64,000 nt of DNA, taken from the NCBI GenBank assembly GCA_913009875.1, contig CAJVYS010000002.1:2073-66072 (forward strand), written 5' to 3'. Made by a program: the position numbers and the translations under genes. This DNA comes from an uncultured Gammaproteobacteria bacterium. Lineage in GTDB: Bacteria; Pseudomonadota; Gammaproteobacteria; SZUA-152. This document shows, one piece after another, positions 18,860 through 28,081 of this stretch; the first letter of the stretch is position 1, and the number at the start of each line of letters is the position of its first letter. The notes under the pieces are model-generated. The model ran no database searches and was not told the origin of the DNA. It saw only the letters and a program-made list of their open reading frames with translations.

Positions 18860-19903
18860 CTATAGGTACCACTCCTGCGGCATCTCGCCACTGGGCATTG
18901 GGGCGACGTGCTCGCGTCGTGCCTCGGCACCCAGCGGGGTGATTTCCACCTCCACCTGTTCGGCATCACGGCCCTTGCTGAAGCGCGCGGCGATGCGTGC
19001 GGCGAGGGCGATGTCGTCCGCGCCGGGTTCGCCGTCGAGCAGCACCAGCGGGCCGGGGTGGCTGAGGGTGCGAATATGGGTGAACTGCTTGCGGTAGCCT
19101 TCGAGGAAATTATTCTCCCCTTCTTCGCGGCCGATGATGAGCTTGAAGTTGGGCCGTGGGCGCAGGTGGCGGCCGACCTTGAGCAGCATGATGTCGTCCA
19201 GTTCGTAGCGGCGTTCACCGCGCGCCTGCCACAGGTCGGTGAGCTTGTGCGAATAGGCCTCGTCGGTGAGGAAGCAGCAGCCACCGGAGGGCTGGGCGTA
19301 GTCTTCGATGCCCATTTCCCGGGCCAGGGCGATCTGCGGTTTGCGGCCACGACCGGAGAAACCGTACAGGCGTTCGCGGTCGATCCAGCCCTCGCGCTCG
19401 GGCAGGGTCTCGGGCAGGTTCTTGCCGCACAGGGGGCGCAGCAGGCGGTCTTCGGCACCGGATTCGCGCTGGATCACCGGCATGGTATCGCGGCGCTGGG
19501 ACATGGGCCGCTGGCCGATCACCTCGCCGGTGATGATGAAGTCGAAATTGTGCGCCTGAATCCACTCGTGGGCCTTGCGCACCATGAAGCACTTGCAGTC
19601 CAGACAGGGGTTCATGTTGGAGCCGTAGCCATGCTTGGGATTGATCACCACGTCCTTGTATTCGTCGATGACATCGACGATGTGCAGTTTGATGCCGAGG
19701 GTCTCGGCCACCCACAGGGCGTTGTTGCGCTTGGGCTTGGCGCGGTCTTTCTTGCGGATGGCGTGGGTGTGGCCCTCGACACAGAAGCCGGTGAAGAAAT
19801 TGACCCCCTCGACATGGATGCCCTGGTCCAGGATGACGCGGGTGGCGAGCATGGAATCGAGTCCACCGGAAATGAGGGAGAGGGCCTTGCGTTGTGTGGA
19901 CAT
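18860..19903 (-). CDS. PP-loop ATP pyrophosphatase family protein, MnmA/TRMU-like tRNA thiolase paralog
   Basis: It has the PP-loop SGGLDS near the N-terminus and two Cys motifs, NPCLDCKCF and SGGCCFL, that resemble the MnmA motifs NPCxxCN and GICFIG. Confidence 0.55.
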   Translation of the reverse strand: MSTQRKALSLISGGLDSMLATRVILDQGIHVEGVNFFTGFCVEGHTHAIRKKDRAKPKRNNALWVAETLGIKLHIVDVIDEYKDVVINPKHGYGSNMNPCLDCKCFMVRKAHEWIQAHNFDFIITGEVIGQRPMSQRRDTMPVIQRESGAEDRLLRPLCGKNLPETLPEREGWIDRERLYGFSGRGRKPQIALAREMGIEDYAQPSGGCCFLTDEAYSHKLTDLWQARGERRYELDDIMLLKVGRHLRPRPNFKLIIGREEGENNFLEGYRKQFTHIRTLSHPGPLVLLDGEPGADDIALAARIAARFSKGRDAEQVEVEITPLGAEARREHVAPMPSGEMPQEWYL

Positions 19904-20000
19904 GGTGTGCCGGTCGATGAATAGCTACGGGCCGGCAATTGTAGCCCAAAACGGGGTGCCGGGCATGGGGCCCGGGGTGAGAGTGATGCGATTGAAGACT

Positions 20001-20073
20001 CTGTAGGAGCGGCCCCTCAGGCCGCGATAGCGATGGCGGGGAATTCTTCGCGGCCTGAGGGGCCGCTCCTACA
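20001..20073. repeat. REP-B hairpin
   Basis: ctgtaggagcggcccctcaggccgcgat ... cgcggcctgaggggccgctcctaca. Confidence 0.7.
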
Positions 20074-20077
20074 CTTG

Positions 20078-20677
20078 TTAATGGCGACGCTGCCCGTCTG
20101 GCCGTACCAGGGTGCCGCTGCTGATCTCGGTGAGGGTGTCGCGGGCACGCTGGCTGTCGGTGGCCTCCCACAGCTCGAAGGCGGTCAGTGGGTCAAGGGC
20201 CGGCTCGTCCGCGCCCAGGTCGCGCATGGTCTGCAGCACGTCCATGGCCGGCACGAAGTGTTCACTGAGTTGTGCGTACAGGCGGCCGAGGGAATGGCTG
20301 GCGGTACTGTGCAGCTGCTGGTAAGCGCCGATACCGAGGTCGACGTAATAATTGACGGAGACGCGCCGGCGTCTGGCCCGCTGCGGGTAGAGCCCGGCAA
20401 ACAGCAGACAGATGTCGCCCACATCGCGCAGTTTGTCATGCTGTTGATGACCCGTTGAGAGCAGGCCGGTCAGATAGTCGAGGGCGAGGATACGCGAGGC
20501 GATCTCCGGCTTGCTGAGAAAACGCTGTAGCAGAAATACCAGATAACTCTGCACGTCTTCGCCCAGTTCGCGCCGGGCCTTTTGCTCCGCCTCGCAGACC
20601 AGTGCGTGCCAATGGGCGGCGGCCGTGGGTTGCAGTTCGATATCGCGCATACACACCTCCAAAACCTGTGCTCTCAA
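20078..20677 (-). CDS. Hypothetical protein
   Basis: The ORF has backbone-like GC content; no motif was recognised. Confidence 0.4.
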   Translation of the reverse strand: MRAQVLEVCMRDIELQPTAAAHWHALVCEAEQKARRELGEDVQSYLVFLLQRFLSKPEIASRILALDYLTGLLSTGHQQHDKLRDVGDICLLFAGLYPQRARRRRVSVNYYVDLGIGAYQQLHSTASHSLGRLYAQLSEHFVPAMDVLQTMRDLGADEPALDPLTAFELWEATDSQRARDTLTEISSGTLVRPDGQRRH

Positions 20678-20723
20678 CCAGGGTATCGGGCGTTGCAGCG
20701 GGCGGCTTGAACCCGGCAGGCGG

Positions 20724-21302
20724 TTATTTTTCCGTGCCGTCCAGCAGCTGGCGGATATTGCTGCGATGACGCCAGATCAACATCACGCTGATCACCGCCG
20801 AGACGCCGATCAGCTCGGGTTCCGGCCGCAGCCACCACATGAACAGTGGTGACAGGGCCGCCGCGGTGAGCGCCGCCAGCGATGAAATGTGGAATACCTT
20901 GGCCATCAACAGCCATACACCCAGCAGGCACAGCGCCACCGGCCAGGCCAGGGCGGTCAGCGCGCCGAAGGCGGTGGCGACACCCTTGCCGCCCTTGAAA
21001 CCGAAAAACAGCGGATACAGATGGCCGAGGAAGGCAGCCAGTGCCGTCAATGCCAGGGTCTGGTTGGAGACCTCCAGCGCCTGCGCCAGCAGTACCGGCA
21101 ACAGGCCCTTGATGGCGTCACCGGCGAGGGTGATGACGGCTGGTTTCTTGCCGCCCACGCGCATCACGTTGGTGGCGCCAGGATTGCCCGAGCCCTGGCT
21201 GCGAGGATCCGGCAGACCCATCAGGCGGCAGGTGATAATGGCAGCGGAGAGTGAGCCGGCGAGATAGGCGCCGAGAATCAGTGCGATATCGATCATGAGC
21301 AC
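20724..21302 (-). CDS. plsY: Glycerol-3-phosphate acyltransferase PlsY
   Basis: It is a 192-aa polytopic membrane protein with PlsY-conserved blocks (GSGNPGATN, FKGGKGVAT). It is divergent from folB, as in E. coli. Confidence 0.85.
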   Translation of the reverse strand: MLMIDIALILGAYLAGSLSAAIITCRLMGLPDPRSQGSGNPGATNVMRVGGKKPAVITLAGDAIKGLLPVLLAQALEVSNQTLALTALAAFLGHLYPLFFGFKGGKGVATAFGALTALAWPVALCLLGVWLLMAKVFHISSLAALTAAALSPLFMWWLRPEPELIGVSAVISVMLIWRHRSNIRQLLDGTEK

Positions 21303-21413
21303 ATTATCCCGTGCTGGTACGGCTCAGGGCAAACCGCTATAGTCCTCAGGAAATTTCGAAGCCCTTTATCGGCTCCCAAATCATCCCTTATTAAAACGAA
21401 AAACGAATACGGC

Positions 21414-21818
21414 ATGGACATCATTTTTTTACACGATCTGACCATTGAAACCATCATTGGCATCTACGACTGGGAGCGCAAGGAAAAACAGTCGATCATC
21501 CTCGACCTGGATATGGGCGCCGACATCCGCCGCGCCGCCGCCAGCGATGCCATCGAAGATACCCTCAACTACAAGGCCGTGGCCAAGCGCCTGATCGAAT
21601 TCGTCGGCGACAGCGATTTTCAGTTGGTCGAAACCCTGGCCGAGCGGGTGGCCGAGATCGTGCTCACTGAATTTGACGTGGAGTGGGTGCGCCTGCGGGT
21701 GAATAAAAAGGGTGCGGTGCGTTATGCCGGTGATGTCGGCATTGTTATTGAAAGAGGTAGCGAAAGAGGCATCGCAAGAGGCGTTGAGCGTGGATCTGTC
21801 GGCGGAGAGAAGGGCTGA
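21414..21818 (+). CDS. folB: Dihydroneopterin aldolase, with an unusual repetitive C-terminal tail (ERGSERGIARGVERGSVGGEKG)
   Basis: The N-terminus MDIIFLHDLTIETIIGIYDWER is a FolB signature. Confidence 0.8.
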   Translation: MDIIFLHDLTIETIIGIYDWERKEKQSIILDLDMGADIRRAAASDAIEDTLNYKAVAKRLIEFVGDSDFQLVETLAERVAEIVLTEFDVEWVRLRVNKKGAVRYAGDVGIVIERGSERGIARGVERGSVGGEKG

Positions 21819-22318
21819 TGCCGCAGGTCTTCATCGGGGTTGGCAGCAATGTCGAACGTGATGCCAGCATCCGCACCGGCGTCGCCGATCTGCGCACCCA
21901 TTACGGCGAGCTGCGGCTGTCCTCGGTATACGAGAGCGAGGCGGTGGGCTTCGCCGGTGATGCCTTTTACAACCTGGTGGTGGCCTTCGATACGCAAGAG
22001 TCTATCGGCACCGTGGCGGACGTACTGGCCGCCATCGAGGATCGTAATGGCCGCCAGCGCGGCAGCGGGAAATTCACCCCGCGCACCCTGGATCTGGACC
22101 TGCTGCTGTACGGTGACGAGATCATTAGCACCGAGCATTTTCACGTGCCGCGTGACGAAATTCTTCGCTATGCCTTTGTGCTCTGGCCACTGGCCGAGAT
22201 GGTGCCGGATCTGATTCATCCGCAGGTGGGGGAATCCTTTGTGCAGTTGTGGGAAAAGTTTGACAAGGATGGCCCGGCATTGGGGCCTATCCCATTTTCG
22301 TGGCAGGCGCCGATATAA
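21818..22318 (+). CDS. folK: 2-amino-4-hydroxy-6-hydroxymethyldihydropteridine pyrophosphokinase
   Basis: It carries the motifs VFIGVGSN ... RTLDLDLLLYGD ... and its start overlaps the folB stop. Confidence 0.85.
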   Translation: MPQVFIGVGSNVERDASIRTGVADLRTHYGELRLSSVYESEAVGFAGDAFYNLVVAFDTQESIGTVADVLAAIEDRNGRQRGSGKFTPRTLDLDLLLYGDEIISTEHFHVPRDEILRYAFVLWPLAEMVPDLIHPQVGESFVQLWEKFDKDGPALGPIPFSWQAPI

Positions 22319-22342
22319 AATAGTATCAAGGGGTAGGTAAGC

Positions 22343-23521
22343 ATGGCCGAGGGGTTTGCAGAAGGTACGACGTTGGCGGAAAAGGACAAACCGCTGATCC
22401 TGATTGTCGATGACTCGCCGACGATTCGTATGTCGCTGAAGCGTGCGGTACAGGATGAATTTCAGTCGCTCGAAGCGGAAGATGGCGAGGCTGCCTGGAA
22501 ACTGCTGCTGGCGGAGGCCGATATCGAACTGTTGATCACCGATCTCACCATGCCGCATCTCGACGGTTTCGGCCTGATCCAGCGCCTGCGTGAAAACCAT
22601 GCGGCACGCATGCAGAATCTGCCGGTGATCGTCGTCACCGGGGCGGATGACACCGCCGCCCGCGAGCGCGCTTTTCATGCCGGCGCCAATGATTTTCTCA
22701 CCAAGGACAGCGACCGCATCGAACTGCTGGCGCGTTTGCGCGCCCATCTCAAACTGGCGCAGACCATTCGTCAGTTGGAGGCCAGCCAGCGCGAGCTGCG
22801 TGCACAGGCCAACACGGATCCGCTGACCGGACTTGCCAACCGGCGTTTCTTTGATGAGATCGCCGGAAAGGAGCTGTCGCTGATGCGCCGGCAGCAGGAT
22901 TATTTTAGTGTGCTGATGATTGATATCGACCACTTCAAGGCGGTGAATGATACCTACGGCCACCCGGCCGGTGATGAAATTCTCAAGCGGGTGGCCGCGA
23001 CCCTGTCGGGTAATCTGCGCGAAGAAGACACGGTGGCGCGCATTGGTGGTGAGGAATTCGTGGTCTGCTCACCGGCCACCAACCGGCTGGCCTCCATCGT
23101 CCTCGCCGAGCGTTTACGCAAGGTCGTGGAGTCCCTGGTGATCGAGTTTGATGGCCAGCGAATCCCCGTCACCATCAGTCTGGGCATCGCCCTGCGGCCG
23201 CTCGATGGCGATGACCTGCAGATGCTGCTGGGGGTGGCGGATGAACGGCTGTACAGAGCCAAGGAAGAAGGCCGCAATCGCTTCTGTGTCGCGGACAAGA
23301 CGTCACACGGTGATGAAGGGCTTGCCCTGGACAAGATCTGCCCGCGCATGGACGAGGCGCTGGCGATGATTCGCCACGGCAATCTGCATCGCCTCAAGCC
23401 GCACCTGCCAACACTGCTGAAGGAGCTGGTTCCCTTCCTGGAGCTGGTCAACCAGCAGTCGGTGGAGGCGCAGGTCGATGTCGGGCAGATCTGCGAAATT
23501 GCGGAAAATCTGCAGAATTAA
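22343..23521 (+). CDS. Response regulator receiver fused to a GGDEF diguanylate cyclase, with a C-terminal extension of about 75 aa of unknown function
   Basis: The receiver domain (LIVDDSPTIRM ... DLTMPHLDG) is followed by a GGDEF domain with an intact GGEEF motif (RIGGEEFVV). Confidence 0.85.
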   Translation: MAEGFAEGTTLAEKDKPLILIVDDSPTIRMSLKRAVQDEFQSLEAEDGEAAWKLLLAEADIELLITDLTMPHLDGFGLIQRLRENHAARMQNLPVIVVTGADDTAARERAFHAGANDFLTKDSDRIELLARLRAHLKLAQTIRQLEASQRELRAQANTDPLTGLANRRFFDEIAGKELSLMRRQQDYFSVLMIDIDHFKAVNDTYGHPAGDEILKRVAATLSGNLREEDTVARIGGEEFVVCSPATNRLASIVLAERLRKVVESLVIEFDGQRIPVTISLGIALRPLDGDDLQMLLGVADERLYRAKEEGRNRFCVADKTSHGDEGLALDKICPRMDEALAMIRHGNLHRLKPHLPTLLKELVPFLELVNQQSVEAQVDVGQICEIAENLQN

Positions 23522-24117
23522 CCCTCCTTTCGTCGCCACACCAGGATGCGATTGTTGGCCGGCATTTCATGGTCGGCGACGCGTTGCAAGCCCTGTTTCC
23601 GTGCCAGCCCATCAAGCTCGGCACGGTCGCGGATGCCGCTTTTCGGGTCGCGCTGTTTCAGCCAGACATCAAAGCGTGCATTGCTCTCACTGGTGAATTT
23701 TCCATCCCGGTTGAATGGCCCGTAGAGACAGAAGCGGCCGCCCGGGGCGAGTACCTGCCCGACCCCCGCGAACAGTTTTTCCACCTCCGTCCAGGCCATG
23801 ATGTGCACGGTGTTGGCGCTGAAGATGCCGTCGTATAGGTGCCGGGGCCAAGGGTCGTAGTTGACGTCCAGTGCCAGCGGCAAGTGTACATTGCTGCCGC
23901 CGTCTTCGCTTAGCCAGGCGAGGATACCGGGGTGATTCTCGCTACAGTCGCTGGTTTGCCAGTGCAGGTGTGGCAGGGCGTGGGCGAAGAATACGGCGTG
24001 CTGTCCGGTGCCGCTGCCGATTTCAAGAATTTCCGAGGCCTGTGCAAATTCCTCACGCAGTACGGTGAGGATGGGGTGCTTGTTTTGTTCGCAGGATTCG
24101 GCGAAGGGTTTTATCAC
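23518..24117 (-). CDS. SAM-dependent methyltransferase (DUF938-like)
   Basis: It has the SAM-binding motif EIGSGTGQH and its length is typical of the DUF938 family. Confidence 0.55.
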   Translation of the reverse strand: MIKPFAESCEQNKHPILTVLREEFAQASEILEIGSGTGQHAVFFAHALPHLHWQTSDCSENHPGILAWLSEDGGSNVHLPLALDVNYDPWPRHLYDGIFSANTVHIMAWTEVEKLFAGVGQVLAPGGRFCLYGPFNRDGKFTSESNARFDVWLKQRDPKSGIRDRAELDGLARKQGLQRVADHEMPANNRILVWRRKEG

Positions 24118-24355
24118 TTTGGGTTAAATTTCCCGCAGATTGCTGTGGATATCACCCCAGCCTATCTGCTGTCACTGCTGAAGGAACAGTCTTGTAGAAG
24201 GGTAGGCGTCGCCTATCAATGCAGCAAGTAGCCTGGGTTGAGCCCACGAAACCCGGGGGGAAGGGCGGCACAATAAAAACTCCCGGGTTTCGCAGGCTAC
24301 GGCTTTGACTCAAGATACTGCTCCACGTCACTTCTCGTCTGCGCCGGAATATCCA

Positions 24356-25123
24356 CTAACTATTCAACGACCGCCCGCCATCCACCGTTAGCACCTGGCC
24401 ACTGGTGTACTCGGCATCACGAATCAGATACAGCACCGCGCGCGCAATATGCTCCGGACTGCCCTGCCGCTTGAGAAAGGTGCGGTTGATGATGCGCTGC
24501 TTGGTGACTTCATCCATGTCCGTTTCCGGCCACAGGATGGCCCCCGGTGCGACCGCATTGACGCGGATCTCCGGTCCCAGTTCACAGGCCAGCGCCTTGG
24601 TCAGCATGACCAGCCCTGCCTTGGCCATACTATAAATGGGGTAGCGCTTGAGTGGTCGATCAGCGTGGATGTCGGCGATATTGACGATGCAGCCGCGGCT
24701 GGCCCTGAGGTGTGGCGCGGCGGCCTGGGCGAGGAAAAAGGGCGCCTTGAGATTGGAGCCGAACAGGTCGTCCCACTGCTGCGGGGTGGCCGTGCCGATG
24801 GGGGTGGGATAGAAGGTGGAGGCGTTGTTGATCAATACGTCCAGCCGTTTCCAGGCCGAGAAGGCGTCATTGATGAGGGCGGGCAGGGCCGCCTCATCGA
24901 GCAGGTCGGCGCATACCAACACCACGGAATTGGCGCGATTTTGGTTGAGTTCAGTTTGCAGGGTATGGGCGGCGTCACGTGAGCTGCGGTAGTGCAGCAC
25001 CAGATTTGCCCCCTTGGCATGCAGAGTGCGCGCGGTGCGAGCACCGATGCGATGGGCGCCGCCGGTGATCAGCACGGCGCGCCCGCTCAGCGGGCCGTTG
25101 TTGGCTTCTGTGGTATCATCCAC
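24356..25123 (-). CDS. Short-chain dehydrogenase/reductase, pteridine reductase (FolM/PTR1)-like. The start is uncertain: GTG at 25123 or ATG at 25183.
   Basis: The Rossmann motif is GRAVLITGGAHRIG and the catalytic Tyr and Lys lie in YSMAKAGLVMLTKALA. This matches the SDR/PTR1 pattern. Confidence 0.6.
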   Translation of the reverse strand: MDDTTEANNGPLSGRAVLITGGAHRIGARTARTLHAKGANLVLHYRSSRDAAHTLQTELNQNRANSVVLVCADLLDEAALPALINDAFSAWKRLDVLINNASTFYPTPIGTATPQQWDDLFGSNLKAPFFLAQAAAPHLRASRGCIVNIADIHADRPLKRYPIYSMAKAGLVMLTKALACELGPEIRVNAVAPGAILWPETDMDEVTKQRIINRTFLKRQGSPEHIARAVLYLIRDAEYTSGQVLTVDGGRSLNS

Positions 25124-25181
25124 GGCTTGTCCTCCGAGACTATCCCGACACTGTAACCCACCTGCGCCGATCTTGCCCAGC

Positions 25182-26396
25182 ATGCCCCCCCCCGTTTCCC
25201 GAGCCACTTCACGGCATGCCATCCGGCAGGCTGGCGAGGCCCTTGCGCGCCTCCCCGAGCCGGATGAGGAAGCCCGGGCACACAGCATGGCGCTGATCCA
25301 GTTGATCGTCGATGACATTGCTGATGCCGGTGGGCGGATCAGCTTTGCGCGCTATATGGAGCTGGCCCTGTTCGCCCCCGGTTTGGGCTATTACAGCGCC
25401 GGCAGCCAGAAGTTCGGCGCCAGTGGCGACTTCGTAACCGCGCCGGAAATCTCACCGCTGTTTTCCCGTTGCCTGGCGTGGCAGACGGCCGAGGTGCTGA
25501 AAAGCCTCGGTGGTGGCGATGTGCTGGAGGTGGGTGCCGGCTCCGGCGTCATGGCGGCGGATCTGCTGGCCGAGCTGGCGGCGCTGGGTACGTTGCCCGA
25601 TCACTACTTTCTGTTGGAGTTGAGCGCCGATTTGCGTCAGCGTCAGCATGAAACCCTGGCGCGGAGGGTGCCACAGCTGCTCGACCGGGTGCAGTGGCTG
25701 GACAGCCTGCCCGAGGGCGGCTTTTGCGGGGTGGTGCTGGCCAATGAGTTGCTCGATGCCCTGCCGGTGCACCTCTTCCGTGTCGAGGCCGGCGGCCCCA
25801 CGGAGCGCTGTGTGGGCTGGCAGGATGGGCGCTTCCAGTGGTGTAGCGCCGAGATTGGCGACGCGGTGCTTGCGCAACGCCTGGCGACGCTGAGTGAGGG
25901 CCTGCCTGAGGGCTACGAGTCGGAGTTCAATCTCGCCGCCGAGGGCTGGATCGGCTCCATCGCCAGCATGCTGCAGGCCGGCGTGGTGCTGTTGATCGAC
26001 TACGGTTTTCCGCGCCACGAGTATTACCACTCACAACGCGACCGTGGCACCCTGATGTGCCACTATCGCCATCGAGCCCATGACGACCCCTTTGTTTATC
26101 CCGGCCTGCAGGACATCACCGCCCACGTAGACTTCACCGCCGTCGCCGAGAGCGCCGTGGATGCCGGGCTGGATGTGCTGGGTTACAACACCCAGGGCCT
26201 GTTTCTGCTCGCCAACGGGATCACCGAACTGGCGCAGTCAGACGATGAACGTGAACAGCTACGCCTGGCACAGCAGGTACGCACCCTGACCCTGCCGGGC
26301 GAGATGGGGGAGCTGTTCAAGGTGATGGCGTTGGGGCGTGATTTTGATGCGCCGCTGCGTGGTTTTGTGCTGCAGGATCTGCGCGGCAAGCTATAA
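25182..26396 (+). CDS. Class I SAM-dependent methyltransferase, MidA/DUF185-like; the start is uncertain (25182 or 25287)
   Basis: The N-terminus ...GRISFARYMELALFAPGLGYYS is the DUF185 signature, and the glycine-rich motif EVGAGSG is present. Confidence 0.6.
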   Translation: MPPPVSRATSRHAIRQAGEALARLPEPDEEARAHSMALIQLIVDDIADAGGRISFARYMELALFAPGLGYYSAGSQKFGASGDFVTAPEISPLFSRCLAWQTAEVLKSLGGGDVLEVGAGSGVMAADLLAELAALGTLPDHYFLLELSADLRQRQHETLARRVPQLLDRVQWLDSLPEGGFCGVVLANELLDALPVHLFRVEAGGPTERCVGWQDGRFQWCSAEIGDAVLAQRLATLSEGLPEGYESEFNLAAEGWIGSIASMLQAGVVLLIDYGFPRHEYYHSQRDRGTLMCHYRHRAHDDPFVYPGLQDITAHVDFTAVAESAVDAGLDVLGYNTQGLFLLANGITELAQSDDEREQLRLAQQVRTLTLPGEMGELFKVMALGRDFDAPLRGFVLQDLRGKL

Positions 26397-26419
26397 CTTT
26401 CGTCAGGGTAAAAAAAACA

Positions 26420-26490
26420 GTAGGAGTGGACCCCCGGGCCGCGATGACAATGTTGGTCAATCTATCGCGGCCCAAGGGTCCGCTCCTACG
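26420..26490. repeat. REP-B hairpin
   Basis: gtaggagtggacccccgggccgcgat ... atcgcggcccaagggtccgctcctac. Confidence 0.7.
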
Positions 26491-26534
26491 GGTAATAACA
26501 ACGACGCGGAACAAGAAAGGAACTGGGGTAGATC

Positions 26535-27224
26535 ATGAGTACCAAATTGAAGCAGACCCAGGACATGTTGGCCAAGCATCATCGTGACGGCGTGGCCTTT
26601 GCGCAGATGATGAAGGACACCTTCGATGGCCGTTTCAACGAGGACTTCTGGGCGATGTGGGCACAGAATATAGAGCCGGCACTGTCCGATACGCCGGTGG
26701 TTCTCGATCTGGGTACCGGTCCCGGCCTGCTGCTCAAGGCCTTGGCGGCGCGCTATCCACAAGTGCGCGCCATCGGCGTGGAATGCGCCGACTACATGCT
26801 GGATGCCGCTGATGACCTTCCCGAGGGCTGCGAGATCATCGCCGCCGATCTGCATGATCCCCATTTGCCATTGGAAGATGGCAGCGTGGATGCGGCGGTA
26901 GCCTCGGTGGTATTGCACGAGATGCACCAGCCGGTGCGCGCCCTGCAGGAGGTCGCCCGCTGCCTGAAACCGGGCGGCCGGCTGTACGTGCTGGACTGGG
27001 TGCGCGCACCGCTGGCGCAGTATCTCGAAGATGCGGAGCTGGATGTGTTTGCCGCCGACACCCCGGTGGAGGCGCTGGAAGACCTGTTCATCCACTTCAT
27101 CGAGCACAACCGATTCTCCAGTGACGATCTGGTATTTCTGCTGGAAAACACCGGCTTCCGTGTGCTGGAGGCCACCTTGCTGAAGGATGGCCGTCAGGCT
27201 CGAATCATTGCCGAGAAGGTTTGA
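26535..27224 (+). CDS. Class I SAM-dependent methyltransferase
   Basis: Motif I reads VLDLGTGPGLL and the protein has a methyltransferase fold pattern. Confidence 0.65.
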   Translation: MSTKLKQTQDMLAKHHRDGVAFAQMMKDTFDGRFNEDFWAMWAQNIEPALSDTPVVLDLGTGPGLLLKALAARYPQVRAIGVECADYMLDAADDLPEGCEIIAADLHDPHLPLEDGSVDAAVASVVLHEMHQPVRALQEVARCLKPGGRLYVLDWVRAPLAQYLEDAELDVFAADTPVEALEDLFIHFIEHNRFSSDDLVFLLENTGFRVLEATLLKDGRQARIIAEKV

Positions 27225-27239
27225 CCCTCCCCGCTGATA

Positions 27240-27265
27240 TTCGCGGCTGAAGCGGCTCCCACAGA
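27240..27265. repeat. Solo REP-A half-site
   Basis: ttcgcggctgaagcggctcccacag with no partner arm. Confidence 0.5.
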
Positions 27266-27283
27266 ACAGGAACGAATTCTCCG

Positions 27284-28081
27284 ATGGACCACCTGCACGC
27301 GATTGCCCTGGCCCTGCTGCAGGGCTTTACTGAATTTCTGCCCATTTCCAGCTCGGCGCACCTGATCCTGTTGCCGCGCCTGCTCGGCTGGGAGGATCAG
27401 GGTCTGGCCTTCGATGTCGCCGTGCATCTCGGCACCCTGAGTGCGGTGGTGCTGTATTTCCGCCGCGAACTGGTGCCCATGGCGCGCGACTGGGGCCGCT
27501 CGCTGGTCACCCGCCAGCAAACGAAAGACAGCCGCCTGGCCTGGGCGGTGCTGTGGGGCACCATTCCTGTGGGTATCGCCGGCCTGGCCTTCAAGGGCTA
27601 TATCGAGGTTGAGCTGCGCTCGGAACTGGTGATTGCCGCCGCCACTATCGGCTTTGGTCTGCTGCTGTGGTGGGCGGATGCGCGGGGCCGCGGTGAACGT
27701 GACGAGTATCACCTCGGCTGGAAGGACATCCTGATTATCGGCATTGCCCAGGCCGTGGCGCTGATTCCCGGCACCTCGCGTTCCGGCGTCACCATGACCG
27801 CCGGGCTGATGCTGGGCCTGTCACGCGAGGGTGCGGCGCGCTTTTCCTTTCTGCTGTCAATCCCGGTGATCGTGCTGGCCGGCGGCCTCAAGGGGCTGGA
27901 TCTGGTTAAAGAAGCGGTACCGGTGGACTGGGGGGTGATGATCATTGGCATGGTGACCTCGGCCATCACCGCCTATGTCTGCATCCACTTCTTCCTCAAG
28001 CTGCTGGAGCGCATCGGTATGCTGCCCTTCGTGATCTATCGCTTGGTGCTGGGCGTGGTGTTACTGGCGCTGTTCCTGTGA
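27284..28081 (+). CDS. uppP: Undecaprenyl-diphosphatase
   Basis: The N-terminus LLQGFTEFLPISSSAHL and the motif PGTSRSG identify the BacA/UppP family. Confidence 0.85.
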   Translation: MDHLHAIALALLQGFTEFLPISSSAHLILLPRLLGWEDQGLAFDVAVHLGTLSAVVLYFRRELVPMARDWGRSLVTRQQTKDSRLAWAVLWGTIPVGIAGLAFKGYIEVELRSELVIAAATIGFGLLLWWADARGRGERDEYHLGWKDILIIGIAQAVALIPGTSRSGVTMTAGLMLGLSREGAARFSFLLSIPVIVLAGGLKGLDLVKEAVPVDWGVMIIGMVTSAITAYVCIHFFLKLLERIGMLPFVIYRLVLGVVLLALFL

